Shown here in pieces: positions 47,814 through 56,962 of a DNA stretch of 64,000 nt. The translations under genes were made by a program, and so were the position numbers. This DNA is from Thermoanaerobaculia bacterium (GTDB lineage Bacteria; Acidobacteriota; Thermoanaerobaculia; Gp7-AA8), in the NCBI GenBank assembly GCA_035629865.1, contig DASPHC010000055.1:134940-198939 (forward strand), given 5' to 3'. Within the stretch, counting starts at the first letter, position 1; every line of letters starts with the position of its first letter. A model generated the notes under the pieces. That model saw only the letters and a list, made by a program, of their open reading frames with translations, was not told where the DNA came from and made no database searches.

Positions 47814-50246
47814 TTAGAGGATGTTGATCGGATCCACGTCGATCGCCACCTCCACCCCCTTCCACTTTCTCGGTAACAGCACCGCCTCCACCGCTCGCCG
47901 CAGCGCTGTCCGCTGCGCGGAGCGCAGCAGAATCTGGTAGCGCCAGACCCCCTTGATCCTCGCCATCGGCGCAGGTGCCGGGCCCTGCACGCGCGTTCCC
48001 GCCAACGGCGCGACCGCCTCTTCCAGCATCTGCCCACACTCCCGCGCCGCCTTCTCCACATCCATCAAATTCTCGCCGCGGAAGAGGATGGCGATCATGG
48101 CCGTCACCGGCGGGTAGTGAAATGTCCGCCGGAATTGGATCTCGGCTTCGAAGAAGGCTTCGTAGTCGTGCTGCAAGGCGTGCTGAATCGCGTAGTGTGC
48201 CGGAAACGCCGTCTGGATCATCACCTTGCCGCGTAACTCCCCCCGTCCCGCCCGCCCGGCCACCTGGGTCAGCAGGTAGAACGTCTTCTCGGCCGACCGA
48301 AAGTCGGGGTAGCCGAGGATCGAGTCGGCGTTCAACACACCGGTCAACGTCACGTTCGGGAAGTGGTGCCCCTTGCTGAGCATCTGCGTCCCGATCAGCG
48401 CCTGGGTCTCGCGTCTCCGGAAGCGGTCGAGGATCGCGACCATCGAGCCTTTTTTGCGGGTCGAGTCGCGGTCGAGGACGTCGACGGTCACGCCGGGGAA
48501 GTCGCGCTGGAAGCGCTCTTCGACCTTCTCCGTCCCGAAGCCGATCGGCTGCAGGACTTCTCCCTGGCAGAGGGGGCATTTGGCGGGGATGGTCTTGCGC
48601 GCGCCGCAGTAGTGGCAGATGAGGAGGTTGTCCCGGCGGTGGACGGTCAGCGTGACGCTGCAGTCGTTGCAGCGGAATTCGTGGCCGCACTCGCGGCAGA
48701 GCAGGTACGGCGCGTAGCCGCGGCGGTTGATGAGGATGATCACCTGCTCGCCGGCGACGAAGATCTCCCGCATGGCGTCGCGGAGGGTGGCGCTGAAGAT
48801 GACGAAGCCTTTGTCTTCCTTCTCCGCCTTCTCTTTGCGGAGGTCGATCAGCTCCACGTCCGGCAGGGCGCGCGCTTCGACGCGTTTCTTCATCCGCAGC
48901 AGGGTGTACTTGCCGCGGGCGGCGTTCTCGCGCGACTCGAGCGACGGCGTGGCCGAGCCGAGGACCACCGGGATGCCGCGTCCCTGGGCGCGGACGACGG
49001 CGAGGTCGCGGGCGTTGTAGCGCGGCGTCTCTTCCTGCTTGTAGGCGCCGTCCCCCTCTTCGTCGACGACGATCAGGCCGAGGCGCTGGAAGGGGACGAA
49101 TAGCGCGGAACGGGGACCGATGGCGACGTCGACCTCGCCGCGGCGCGTCCGCCACCATTGGTCGTACCGCTCACTCGCGGAGAGGCTGCTGTGGAGGATG
49201 GCGATCCGCTCGCCGAAGCGCTCTTTCAACCGCGAGGCGAAGACGGGCGTGAGGGCGATCTCGGGGACGAGCAGCAGGGCCTGTTCTCCCCTTTTCACGA
49301 CGGCCCGCATCAATTCGATGTAGACCTCGGTCTTGCCGGAGCCGGTCACCCCTTCGAGCAGAAACGGCGCGAACGTGCCGAGGGAAGCCTCGACGGCGGA
49401 AATGGCGGCTTTCTGCTCGTCGGAGTAGCGGATCTCCCCTGCCCCGGCGTCTTCCAGTCCGGCCAGAAAGGCGTCGAGGGTGTGCCGGCGCGCCCGGCGC
49501 TCGATCCGCACGACTTCCTTCTTCGCCAGCGCCGACAGCACCGCCGCGCTCACGCCGGCGTGCTCGAGCGCGCGCACCGACAGCTCGCCTCCGCGCGACT
49601 GCATCAGTCCGACGGCGGCCTGCTGCTTCGGCGTCAGCCCGCCCGGATCGCTCTCCAGCACGACGAAGCGGTCGTACCGCACGCCTTCGTTGTCCTTGAG
49701 CCGGTCGCGCAACGCGATGATGCCGGCGTCGCGCAACCGGTCGACGGCGCTCCTCGGCACGCGCATCTCCTCGAAGATCGTCGCCACCGGCAACGGCCGC
49801 TTCGCCAGCTCGGCGACGACGGCGAGGTCGCTCTCCAGGATCTGTCTGGCCATCACCGCCGCCTCGATCATCTCCGTCGTGGCGGTCAGCACGGCCTGCC
49901 GTTTTCCTCGGGCGGCCATGTTGGCGGGTAAGGCGGTGCGCAACATCTCGCCCAGCGGGGCGAGGTAGTATTCGGCTGCCCAGCGGCAGAGGTCGATGAT
50001 CTCGGGAATGAGCGCGGGCTCGTCGTCGTCGAGGACCGAGCGGATCGGCTTCATCTTCGCCGCATCGACCGGCGCCTCGTCGACGAGCGAGACGACGAAG
50101 CCGGTCGTCAGCTTGGTGCCGAGCGGCACCTCGACGCGCGAGCCGAGCCGTACGCCGTCGCGCAGCGATTCCGGAATGGCATAAGTGAAGGTATCGTGCA
50201 CCGCGAGCGGAATCGCCACCGCGGCGTACGCGGAAAGACCGGACAT
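47814..50246 (-). CDS. priA: Primosomal protein N'
   Basis: GVTGSGKTEVY, four CxxC pairs, QVAGRAGR, IDVDP. Confidence 0.96.
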   Translation of the reverse strand: MSGLSAYAAVAIPLAVHDTFTYAIPESLRDGVRLGSRVEVPLGTKLTTGFVVSLVDEAPVDAAKMKPIRSVLDDDEPALIPEIIDLCRWAAEYYLAPLGEMLRTALPANMAARGKRQAVLTATTEMIEAAVMARQILESDLAVVAELAKRPLPVATIFEEMRVPRSAVDRLRDAGIIALRDRLKDNEGVRYDRFVVLESDPGGLTPKQQAAVGLMQSRGGELSVRALEHAGVSAAVLSALAKKEVVRIERRARRHTLDAFLAGLEDAGAGEIRYSDEQKAAISAVEASLGTFAPFLLEGVTGSGKTEVYIELMRAVVKRGEQALLLVPEIALTPVFASRLKERFGERIAILHSSLSASERYDQWWRTRRGEVDVAIGPRSALFVPFQRLGLIVVDEEGDGAYKQEETPRYNARDLAVVRAQGRGIPVVLGSATPSLESRENAARGKYTLLRMKKRVEARALPDVELIDLRKEKAEKEDKGFVIFSATLRDAMREIFVAGEQVIILINRRGYAPYLLCRECGHEFRCNDCSVTLTVHRRDNLLICHYCGARKTIPAKCPLCQGEVLQPIGFGTEKVEERFQRDFPGVTVDVLDRDSTRKKGSMVAILDRFRRRETQALIGTQMLSKGHHFPNVTLTGVLNADSILGYPDFRSAEKTFYLLTQVAGRAGRGELRGKVMIQTAFPAHYAIQHALQHDYEAFFEAEIQFRRTFHYPPVTAMIAILFRGENLMDVEKAARECGQMLEEAVAPLAGTRVQGPAPAPMARIKGVWRYQILLRSAQRTALRRAVEAVLLPRKWKGVEVAIDVDPINIL

Positions 50247-50291
50247 TGGACGCGAAGCATTCGCCGGTCGTAGGAGTGTTGTCAATCGACG

Positions 50292-51221
50292 ATGAGCAGG
50301 AACGAGGAAGTCGCACGAGAGTTCTGGAACCGTGAGGTCCACACCCCCACGCACTCGAACTGGATGGCCCACCCGCTGGTGCGCGCCTACATCAACCGCT
50401 CCATCGCCGGAGACTCCGGCCAGTGGCCGATGGACTGGCTGGAGACGTGGCTGGCCGGGCGGCGGTTCAAGCGCGGCCTGAGCGTCGGCTGCGGCGCCGG
50501 CTCGCTGGAGCGTGACCTGATTCGCCGCAACCTGTGCGAGCAGATGGACGCCTTCGACGGCTCACCGGAATCGATCCGGGTGGCCATCGACGAGGCGGCG
50601 AAGCTCGGCTACGGCGACCGCATCCACTACCGCACCGGCGATTTCAACGAGCCGCAGCTCCCGTCCAATACGTACGACATCGTCTTCGTCCACCAGGCCA
50701 TGCACCACGTGGCCAAGCTCGAAAAACTCTACCGGGCCATCATGAAGACGCTGGCGCCGGACGGGCTGCTCTACCTCGACGAGTACATCGGCCCCTCGCG
50801 CCACGAATGGACGGAGCAGAACTTCGCCCCGATCCAGGGCGTCTTCCAGTCCATCCCGCGCGAGAAGCGGAACCTCGACTCCCTCCTCCTCCCGATCCAG
50901 GTCCACGACCCCTCGGAGGCGATCCGCTCCAGCGAGATCCTGCGCGAGCTGGCAGTCGGCTACGACACCCTCGTCCGCCGCGACTACGGCGGCAACGTCC
51001 TCTCCATCATCTACGGCCAGGTCGAAGACACCGACGCCATGACCGAGCACCTGATCGTCGAGGAGGAAAAGCTGCTGCGCGAAGGGATGGAGCCCTTCCT
51101 CTCGATCATCATCGCCAAACCAAAGCGAGGGATCGCCGGAGCGGTGGCGCGAGGACGGTATTTCCTGGAACCGAAGCTCAAGCGGATCGGGCGCGAGGTG
51201 CGAAAAGTCGTGTCGCGTTGA
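50292..51221 (+). CDS. Class I SAM-dependent methyltransferase
   Basis: LSVGCGAG, AFDGS, YDIV, EYIGP. Confidence 0.85.
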   Translation: MSRNEEVAREFWNREVHTPTHSNWMAHPLVRAYINRSIAGDSGQWPMDWLETWLAGRRFKRGLSVGCGAGSLERDLIRRNLCEQMDAFDGSPESIRVAIDEAAKLGYGDRIHYRTGDFNEPQLPSNTYDIVFVHQAMHHVAKLEKLYRAIMKTLAPDGLLYLDEYIGPSRHEWTEQNFAPIQGVFQSIPREKRNLDSLLLPIQVHDPSEAIRSSEILRELAVGYDTLVRRDYGGNVLSIIYGQVEDTDAMTEHLIVEEEKLLREGMEPFLSIIIAKPKRGIAGAVARGRYFLEPKLKRIGREVRKVVSR

Positions 51222-51380
51222 GCCGCATTTCTCGCCACGAGAGGCGAAGAGCCGCCACTCGTGCCATGAAGTTGATCGTCTGGAACCAACTTGTGAGCGA
51301 GGGGAGGCAGCGACGCAGTGAGGGTAAGCCTATGCATTGTTGCGGCATGTCCACCCATCGGCCATGCCGGAATTTACGGC

Positions 51381-51680
51381 GGGTAGCGCGGACTCATCGA
51401 TGAGTAGCGCGGACTCATCGGTCGGTCGGGATCGACTCATGGATCGGTCGGGATCGACTCATGGATCGGTCGGGATCTACCCATGGATCGGTCGGGATCG
51501 ACCCATGAATCGGTCGGGATCGATCCATGGATCGGTCGGGATCGACCCATGGATCGGTCGGGATCGACCCATGGATCGGTCGGGATCGACTCATGGATCG
51601 GTCGGGATCGACTCATCGCCGGTCGGGATCGACTCATCGGCCGGTCGCGATCGACTCATCGGCCGGTCGCGATCGACTCA
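51381..51680. repeat. 22-bp tandem array (12 units ATGGATCGGTCGGGATCGACYC plus degenerate 5' units)
   Basis: Directly visible periodicity 51417-51680. Confidence 0.93.
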
Positions 51681-51681
51681 C

Positions 51682-52377
51682 CTAAGCGCCGATCCCCAGC
51701 TCCGTCATCACCTTCTTCATGTCGTTCCAGACGTCCTTCTTCGCCGAAGGGGTCCGGAGCAGGTACGCCGGGTGGTACGTCGGCATCAGTTTGATGCCGT
51801 TGTAGTCGAGCCACTGGCCGCGGACGGCGGAGATGCCGTAGCTCTTCTCCGTCAGCGACTGCAGGCCGAAGCGGCCGAGGGTGACGATGACTTTGGGCTG
51901 GATCAGCGCGACCTGGCGTTGGATGAAGGGGCGGCAGCTTTCCAGCTCGTCAGGCTCGGGATTGCGGTTCTCCGGCGGGCGGCATTTGATGACGTTGGCG
52001 ATGTAGACGTCGTCGCGGGTGAGCTTCATGGCCTTGATGATGTCGGTCAGCAGTTGTCCGGCGCGGCCGACGAACGGCTCCCCCTTCTTGTCCTCGTCAA
52101 AGCCCGGAGCCTCGCCGATGAACATCAGGTCGGCGTTCGGGTTGCCGACGCCGAAGACGACATTGGTGCGCGTCCCCGCGAGGCGGCACGACTGGCAGTT
52201 GTGGGCTTCGAGTCGGAGGGCGTCGAAGGCGCCGGGCTGGTCTCCCGCTGCTTCCAGCGCTGCGTCCCCCATTGCTTCCACGGCTGCTTCAGTTTTCGTC
52301 CGGACCGGGGTGAGGTCGAGATGGGTATATCCAAGCTCGCGGAGGTAGGCGAGCTCCTGCAGGACGTCGGGATTCAT
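51682..52377 (-). CDS. Uracil-DNA glycosylase, family 4
   Basis: [25 protein letters not shown]. Confidence 0.93.
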   Translation of the reverse strand: MNPDVLQELAYLRELGYTHLDLTPVRTKTEAAVEAMGDAALEAAGDQPGAFDALRLEAHNCQSCRLAGTRTNVVFGVGNPNADLMFIGEAPGFDEDKKGEPFVGRAGQLLTDIIKAMKLTRDDVYIANVIKCRPPENRNPEPDELESCRPFIQRQVALIQPKVIVTLGRFGLQSLTEKSYGISAVRGQWLDYNGIKLMPTYHPAYLLRTPSAKKDVWNDMKKVMTELGIGA

Positions 52378-52440
52378 GCCGTCGATTATCGTCTATACTC
52401 GCCTCGGTCCAACACCTCGAACAAGGAGAACCCCAGCCCC

Positions 52441-52794
52441 ATGAAGAAGTTGACGAAGCTCACGCTCGCCGCTCTGCTCGTCTGCTCGGTCGCCGCCCCC
52501 GCCTTCGCCCGCAAGGCCACCGTCAAGATCATCAACCAGAGCAAATGGGAGATTCACCACCTCTTCCTCTCCTCCACCGAGGAAGAAACGTGGGGCCCGG
52601 ATCAGCTCGAAGACGAGATCCTGACCAAGGGACAGTCGCTCACCCTCACCAAGATCCCCTGCGACCTGTACGACATCAAAGTCGTCGACGAAGACGGCGA
52701 CGAATGCGTGATCGAGCAGGTGGATCTGTGCGGGGATGACAGTTACTGGAAGATCACGGACAAGGATCTGCTGGAGTGTGAGGGGTATCAGTAA
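52441..52794 (+). CDS. Small secreted protein with 4 Cys
   Basis: AAGGAG RBS, signal peptide, WGPDQL, CDLYDIK. Confidence 0.75.
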   Translation: MKKLTKLTLAALLVCSVAAPAFARKATVKIINQSKWEIHHLFLSSTEEETWGPDQLEDEILTKGQSLTLTKIPCDLYDIKVVDEDGDECVIEQVDLCGDDSYWKITDKDLLECEGYQ

Positions 52795-52823
52795 CGGTTG
52801 CTGGTTGTCGGTTGCTGGTTGTC
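52795..52823. repeat. Single arm of family C 7-mer repeat
   Basis: cggttgctggttgtcggttgctggttgtc. Confidence 0.65.
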
Positions 52824-52884
52824 TGGGCCGTCTCGCGATAGATGAACGGTGACGCGAGAGCTGCCCCTCGGGTCTCGGCGTTAC

Positions 52885-53129
52885 GGAGCGCCGACGTTCC
52901 GTCGGCCGGTCCGCCGACCTTCGGTCGGCAGTCTCTCGGGGTGAGTGAAGATCGACAGATCACCATCCTCCCGAGGGCGACCGGACTAAAAGTCCGGCCC
53001 ACATGTGGCCAGGATTTCCTAGCATCGGCTGCCCACATGTGGCGCGGACTTTTAGTCCGGGCCGGCACTCGCGACGCGCAGACTGCCGACCGAAGGTCGG
53101 CGGACCGGCCGGTCGAAGACCGGCGCTCC
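52885..53129. repeat. Composite REP-like inverted-repeat element
   Basis: Outer GGAGCGCCG...CCGACCTTCGGTCGG arms, inner CGGACTAAAAGTCCG/CGGACTTTTAGTCCG palindromes. Confidence 0.8.
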
Positions 53130-53160
53130 TTTGGTTCGCCGCGGAGCGGCGAACTCGCGC

Positions 53161-54348
53161 TCAGGCCTTGACGCGCGCCACGACCAGATCCAACAACCGG
53201 TCCGCAATCACGTTCTTCGGCGCCCTCCCGATCCGCGTGAGACTCCCATCCGCGGCGATCACCATCACTTCGTTCTGGTCCGAATCAAACCCGATGCTCG
53301 CATCGGCCACGTCGTTGGCGACGATCAGGTCCGCCCCTTTGCGCACCAGTTTCTCTCTGGCGTTCTGTTCGACGGAGTCGGTTTCGGCGGCGAAGGCGAC
53401 GATGAAGGGGCGGGGGTCGAGGCGGGCGACGGCGGCGAGGATGTCGGGGTTTTTGCGGAGGACGAGGGTGAGCTCGTCGCTTCCTTCGACTTTCTTGATC
53501 TTCCGGTCGGCCACCTCGGCGGCGGCGTAGTCGGCGACGGCGGCGGCTTTGATGAGGATCTGGTGCCGCGGGGCGGCGGCCATTACGGCGTCGTGCATCT
53601 CCCGGGCGGTGCGGACGCGGGTGACGTCCACTCCCGCCGGCGCGGTGCGGGCGGTGGGGCCGGAGATGAGGGTGACGCTCGCTCCCCTCTTCCGCGCCGC
53701 CTCGGCGATGGCGTAGCCCATCTTCCCCGAGGAGCGGTTGGAGATGTAGCGGACGGGATCGATCGGCTCGCGGGTCGGACCGGCGGTGACGAGGATGGTG
53801 CGCCCTTCGAGATCGCGCTTCCCGAACTGCGTTTTCACGAGCTCGACGAGCACCGGGACGTCCGGCATCTTTCCGGCGCCTTCTTCGCCACAGGCGAGGA
53901 GGCCGTTGACCGGCTCGATGATCTCGACACCGCGCGCGCGCAGCCGCTCGATGTTCTCCGCGACGGTCGGGTGGGCGAGCATGTGGGTGTTCATGGCCGG
54001 CGCGACCACGACCGCGGCCCGATGGGCCAGCGCGTAGGTGGTGAGGGCGTCGTCGGCGATGCCGGCGGCGAGCTTGGCGAGGATGTTGGCGGTGGCGGGG
54101 GCGATGAAGAGGAGCTCGGCCCAGCGGGCGAGCTCGATGTGATCGACGCCGCCATGTCCGGCGTCGCCCCACTGGTCGGTGATGACGCCGTGGCCGGAGA
54201 CGGCGGCGAGGGAGAGCGGAGAAACGAAGCGGGCGGCGTTGGGGGTGAGGATGACCCGGACCTCGGCGCCGATGTCTCTGAGGCGCCGCACGAGCTCGGG
54301 GGCCTTGTAGGCGGCGATGCCGCCCGATACGCCGAGGACGATCTTCAT
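53161..54348 (-). CDS. coaBC: Phosphopantothenoylcysteine decarboxylase/ligase
   Basis: GGIAAYK, PAMN, TAGPTREPIDPVR, GFDSDQN. Confidence 0.96.
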   Translation of the reverse strand: MKIVLGVSGGIAAYKAPELVRRLRDIGAEVRVILTPNAARFVSPLSLAAVSGHGVITDQWGDAGHGGVDHIELARWAELLFIAPATANILAKLAAGIADDALTTYALAHRAAVVVAPAMNTHMLAHPTVAENIERLRARGVEIIEPVNGLLACGEEGAGKMPDVPVLVELVKTQFGKRDLEGRTILVTAGPTREPIDPVRYISNRSSGKMGYAIAEAARKRGASVTLISGPTARTAPAGVDVTRVRTAREMHDAVMAAAPRHQILIKAAAVADYAAAEVADRKIKKVEGSDELTLVLRKNPDILAAVARLDPRPFIVAFAAETDSVEQNAREKLVRKGADLIVANDVADASIGFDSDQNEVMVIAADGSLTRIGRAPKNVIADRLLDLVVARVKA

Positions 54349-54359
54349 GGCTGCGCCGC

Positions 54360-54444
54360 CGTTATCGGTTGTCCGTTGTCAGTTGTCCGAACCGACGACG
54401 CTCGGAGGGCCGTGCATCGACAGACAACCGACAACTGACAACTG
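54360..54444. repeat. 7-mer hairpin (family C)
   Basis: cgttatcggttgtccgttgtcagttgtc ... gacaaccgacaactgacaactg. Confidence 0.9.
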
Positions 54445-54452
54445 TTTTCAAC

Positions 54453-54668
54453 CTACTCGTTGTTATCCAGCGAGGTGCTCTCTTCGCTCGGGGGCGTGAG
54501 CTGCCACTTCACCTGGTCGCGCTCGACTTCTTCCATGGCCACGCGCGTCGGCTTGGCGTGCTTGCTCTTGGTGCGCGGCTGGGCGCCCTGGATGAGCTGC
54601 TCCGCCCTCTTGCTGACCAGCAGCACGTAGCGGAACTTGGAGTCAATTCCTTCCGGCAGTCCTTCCAT
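54453..54668 (-). CDS. rpoZ: RNA polymerase omega subunit
   Basis: DSKFRYVLLVSKRAEQL; gmk-rpoZ-coaBC synteny. Confidence 0.92.
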   Translation of the reverse strand: MEGLPEGIDSKFRYVLLVSKRAEQLIQGAQPRTKSKHAKPTRVAMEEVERDQVKWQLTPPSEESTSLDNNE

Positions 54669-55329
54669 TGCGGTCCTCCTCTTTGAAGCGCTCGGCCATC
54701 CTGCCGATGGCTTCGAGCGCGGTCTTGGTCTGTAGTTTCTTGGCGATGATCGCGGCCTTCAGGCATTCGGTCGCGATCTCGAGGTCGTCGTTGATGATGA
54801 TGTAGTGGTAAAAATCCTTCCCCTCGTTGATCTCGTCGATGGCCTTGCGCAGCCGGATGTCGATCTCCTCCTCCGTGTTCAGGCCGCGGCTGATCAGCCG
54901 CCGCTCCAGCACGTCGAGGGAGGGAGGGAAAATGAAGACGCTCAGCGAGCGGGCGCTCAGATCGTGGTCCTGCGCGATCTGTTTCGCTCCCTGATAGTCG
55001 ATGTCAAGGATCACATCCTGCCCGGCTTTGAGCCTTCCGAGCACTTCAGAACGGGATGTCCCGTACAAATTGGCATGAACGTGCGCCCATTCGAGAAATT
55101 CCCCCTGGGCGGCCATGCCCCGGAACGTCTGATCGGACACGAAGTAGTAGCTGGTCCCTTCGGTCTCCCCCGGGCGAGGGTCGCGGGTGGTGTGCGAGAC
55201 CGAGAAATAGAGCTCGATCTGCAGTGGACGAAGACGCTCGCGGACGGTGTTGATCAGGGTCGTCTTCCCTGCGCCAGACGGGCCGGAGATGATGAACAAC
55301 GTCCCGTCCGCGTGGAAGTTACTCGACAT
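54643..55329 (-). CDS. gmk: Guanylate kinase
   Basis: SGPSGAGKTT, SHTTR, LYGT, LDIDYQG. Confidence 0.96.
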   Translation of the reverse strand: MSSNFHADGTLFIISGPSGAGKTTLINTVRERLRPLQIELYFSVSHTTRDPRPGETEGTSYYFVSDQTFRGMAAQGEFLEWAHVHANLYGTSRSEVLGRLKAGQDVILDIDYQGAKQIAQDHDLSARSLSVFIFPPSLDVLERRLISRGLNTEEEIDIRLRKAIDEINEGKDFYHYIIINDDLEIATECLKAAIIAKKLQTKTALEAIGRMAERFKEEDRNGRTAGRN

Positions 55330-56209
55330 TCTGTACCTGCTCGCGGATGCGCTCCACCTCCGTCTTCAATTCTACGACAAGGGTGCGGATGGCCGCGGAG
55401 CGCGACTTGGAGCCCATGGTGTTGATCTCGCGGAGGGTCTCCTGCGACATGAAGTCGAGCTTCTTGCCGGCCGGCTCTTTGCCGGCAATGGCTTTCTCGA
55501 CCTGGTCGAGGTGATGCGCGAGGCGGGTGAGCTCCTCGGCGATATCCCCCTTCTCGACCATCATCACCACTTCCTGGGCGATCCGCTCCTGGGCGATCTC
55601 GACGTTGGCCGAGGCGGCGATCTCGTGGACGCGCTGCTGGTACGACGCCAGGAGCTCGGAGCGGACTTCGTCGCGATGGGCGGAGATCTCGTCGCTGAGC
55701 CGGCGGATGGTGGCCACCCGCGCGGAGATGTCGTCCCGCAGCGAGACTCCCTCGCGGGACCGCAGCTCCTGCAACGCGGTAAACGCGTGCCGCACGAGGG
55801 CGAGCAACCCTTCCCGCTCTTCATCGGCGACCTCGGCGTCATTCGCCTCGACCTGCAGCAGGTCGGGAACGCGCATCAGGTCGCTCCCGGTGAGCGACGA
55901 GCCGAGCCCGAGCTCTTCGGCGATCGCGCGGAGCTGCGGGATGATCTGGTTGGCGATCCCGGTGTTGATGCGGACGCTGTAGTCCGGCTGCTGCGTTCGC
56001 TGGATGCGGATGGAGAGGTCGACTTTTCCGCGGGAGAAGAATTCGGAGGCAAGGGCCCGCAGCGGCGCTTCCATGTCCCACATCCACTCCGGGAGGCGGA
56101 CCGAGACTTCGAGAAAACGATGGTTGACGCTCTTGGTCGTGACCGTGGCGAAATAGCGGGGCGAAAGCGCCCCCGACGCGCGGCCGAAGCCTGTCATTGA
56201 ATGAATCAT
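55319..56209 (-). CDS. yicC: YicC/YloC endoribonuclease
   Basis: SMTGFG, SVNHRF, REINTMGSK, REQVQNVE. Confidence 0.95.
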   Translation of the reverse strand: MIHSMTGFGRASGALSPRYFATVTTKSVNHRFLEVSVRLPEWMWDMEAPLRALASEFFSRGKVDLSIRIQRTQQPDYSVRINTGIANQIIPQLRAIAEELGLGSSLTGSDLMRVPDLLQVEANDAEVADEEREGLLALVRHAFTALQELRSREGVSLRDDISARVATIRRLSDEISAHRDEVRSELLASYQQRVHEIAASANVEIAQERIAQEVVMMVEKGDIAEELTRLAHHLDQVEKAIAGKEPAGKKLDFMSQETLREINTMGSKSRSAAIRTLVVELKTEVERIREQVQNVE

Positions 56210-56215
56210 AAATTC

Positions 56216-56293
56216 GAGAGATGAGCGATGAGAGATGAGCGATGAACCTCGGGGAAGGCTCTGCTCATCTCTCATCGCTCATCGTTCATCTCG
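56216..56293. repeat. 7-mer hairpin (family E)
   Basis: gagatgagcgatgagagatgagcgatgaac ... ctcatctctcatcgctcatcgttcatctc. Confidence 0.9.
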
Positions 56294-56901
56294 CTCCTGT
56301 ACCAGTCGTTCTGCCTCATCAGCGAGGTCGTTCATCGCACGCTCCACTCTCAGCCGCCATTCCTCGACGTTCCCGTCACGCGGGACGACCATCGGCTCTC
56401 CATAGAGAAAGAGCGCCTTCGAGAACGGCAGCGGGACGACCATGCGATCCCACGAGCGCAGATGCTTTTTTTTTTAGCGGCGAAGGCGATCGGGATGATC
56501 GGCAGGCCGGTGGTCTTTGCTGCATAGACGACGCCGTCTTTGGCGACCCGGGCCGGCCCCTTCGACCCGTCGGGGGTGAAAACGATGTTCCGGCCGTCGC
56601 GCGCCAGGCGGACGAGCTGGCGCAGGGCGGCCGTCCCGCCGCGGGTGGACGAGCCGCGTACCACCTCCACGTCGAACCAGCGGAACGTGCTCGCGCTGAT
56701 CTGGCCGTCCTTCGAGCGGGAGCTGATCACCGCGATCGGGCGCCGGAACTTCGAATGCAGCATCAACAGCAGATGAGCGTGCCAGAACGACAGGATGTAC
56801 TGGGGCGTCCCGGTGATGTTCTCCGGGTGGACGTGCCTCACCCGCAGGGTGGCGTGCAGGACGCGGACGAACAGGCTGATCAGGAACGAGGCAAACGTCA
56901 C
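56279..56901 (-). CDS. DUF374 (LpxJ-like) acyltransferase interrupted by a frameshift at an A10 tract
   Basis: FWH, SKDG, RGSSTRGG, TPDG in frame 0; KHLRSWDRMVVPLPFS ... YGEP in the -1 frame after T10 at 56466-56475. Confidence 0.8.
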
Positions 56902-56962
56902 GGTTCGGCGCGCAGTGTATCGAAGAAGAACGAAGGTGTGACCCCTGTGTGAAAATACGCGC

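Noticed and set aside
51337-52440. 485-aa ORF 51337-52794
   Set aside because: Chance read-through across the repeat array and antisense udg; only 52441-52794 has an RBS and signal peptide
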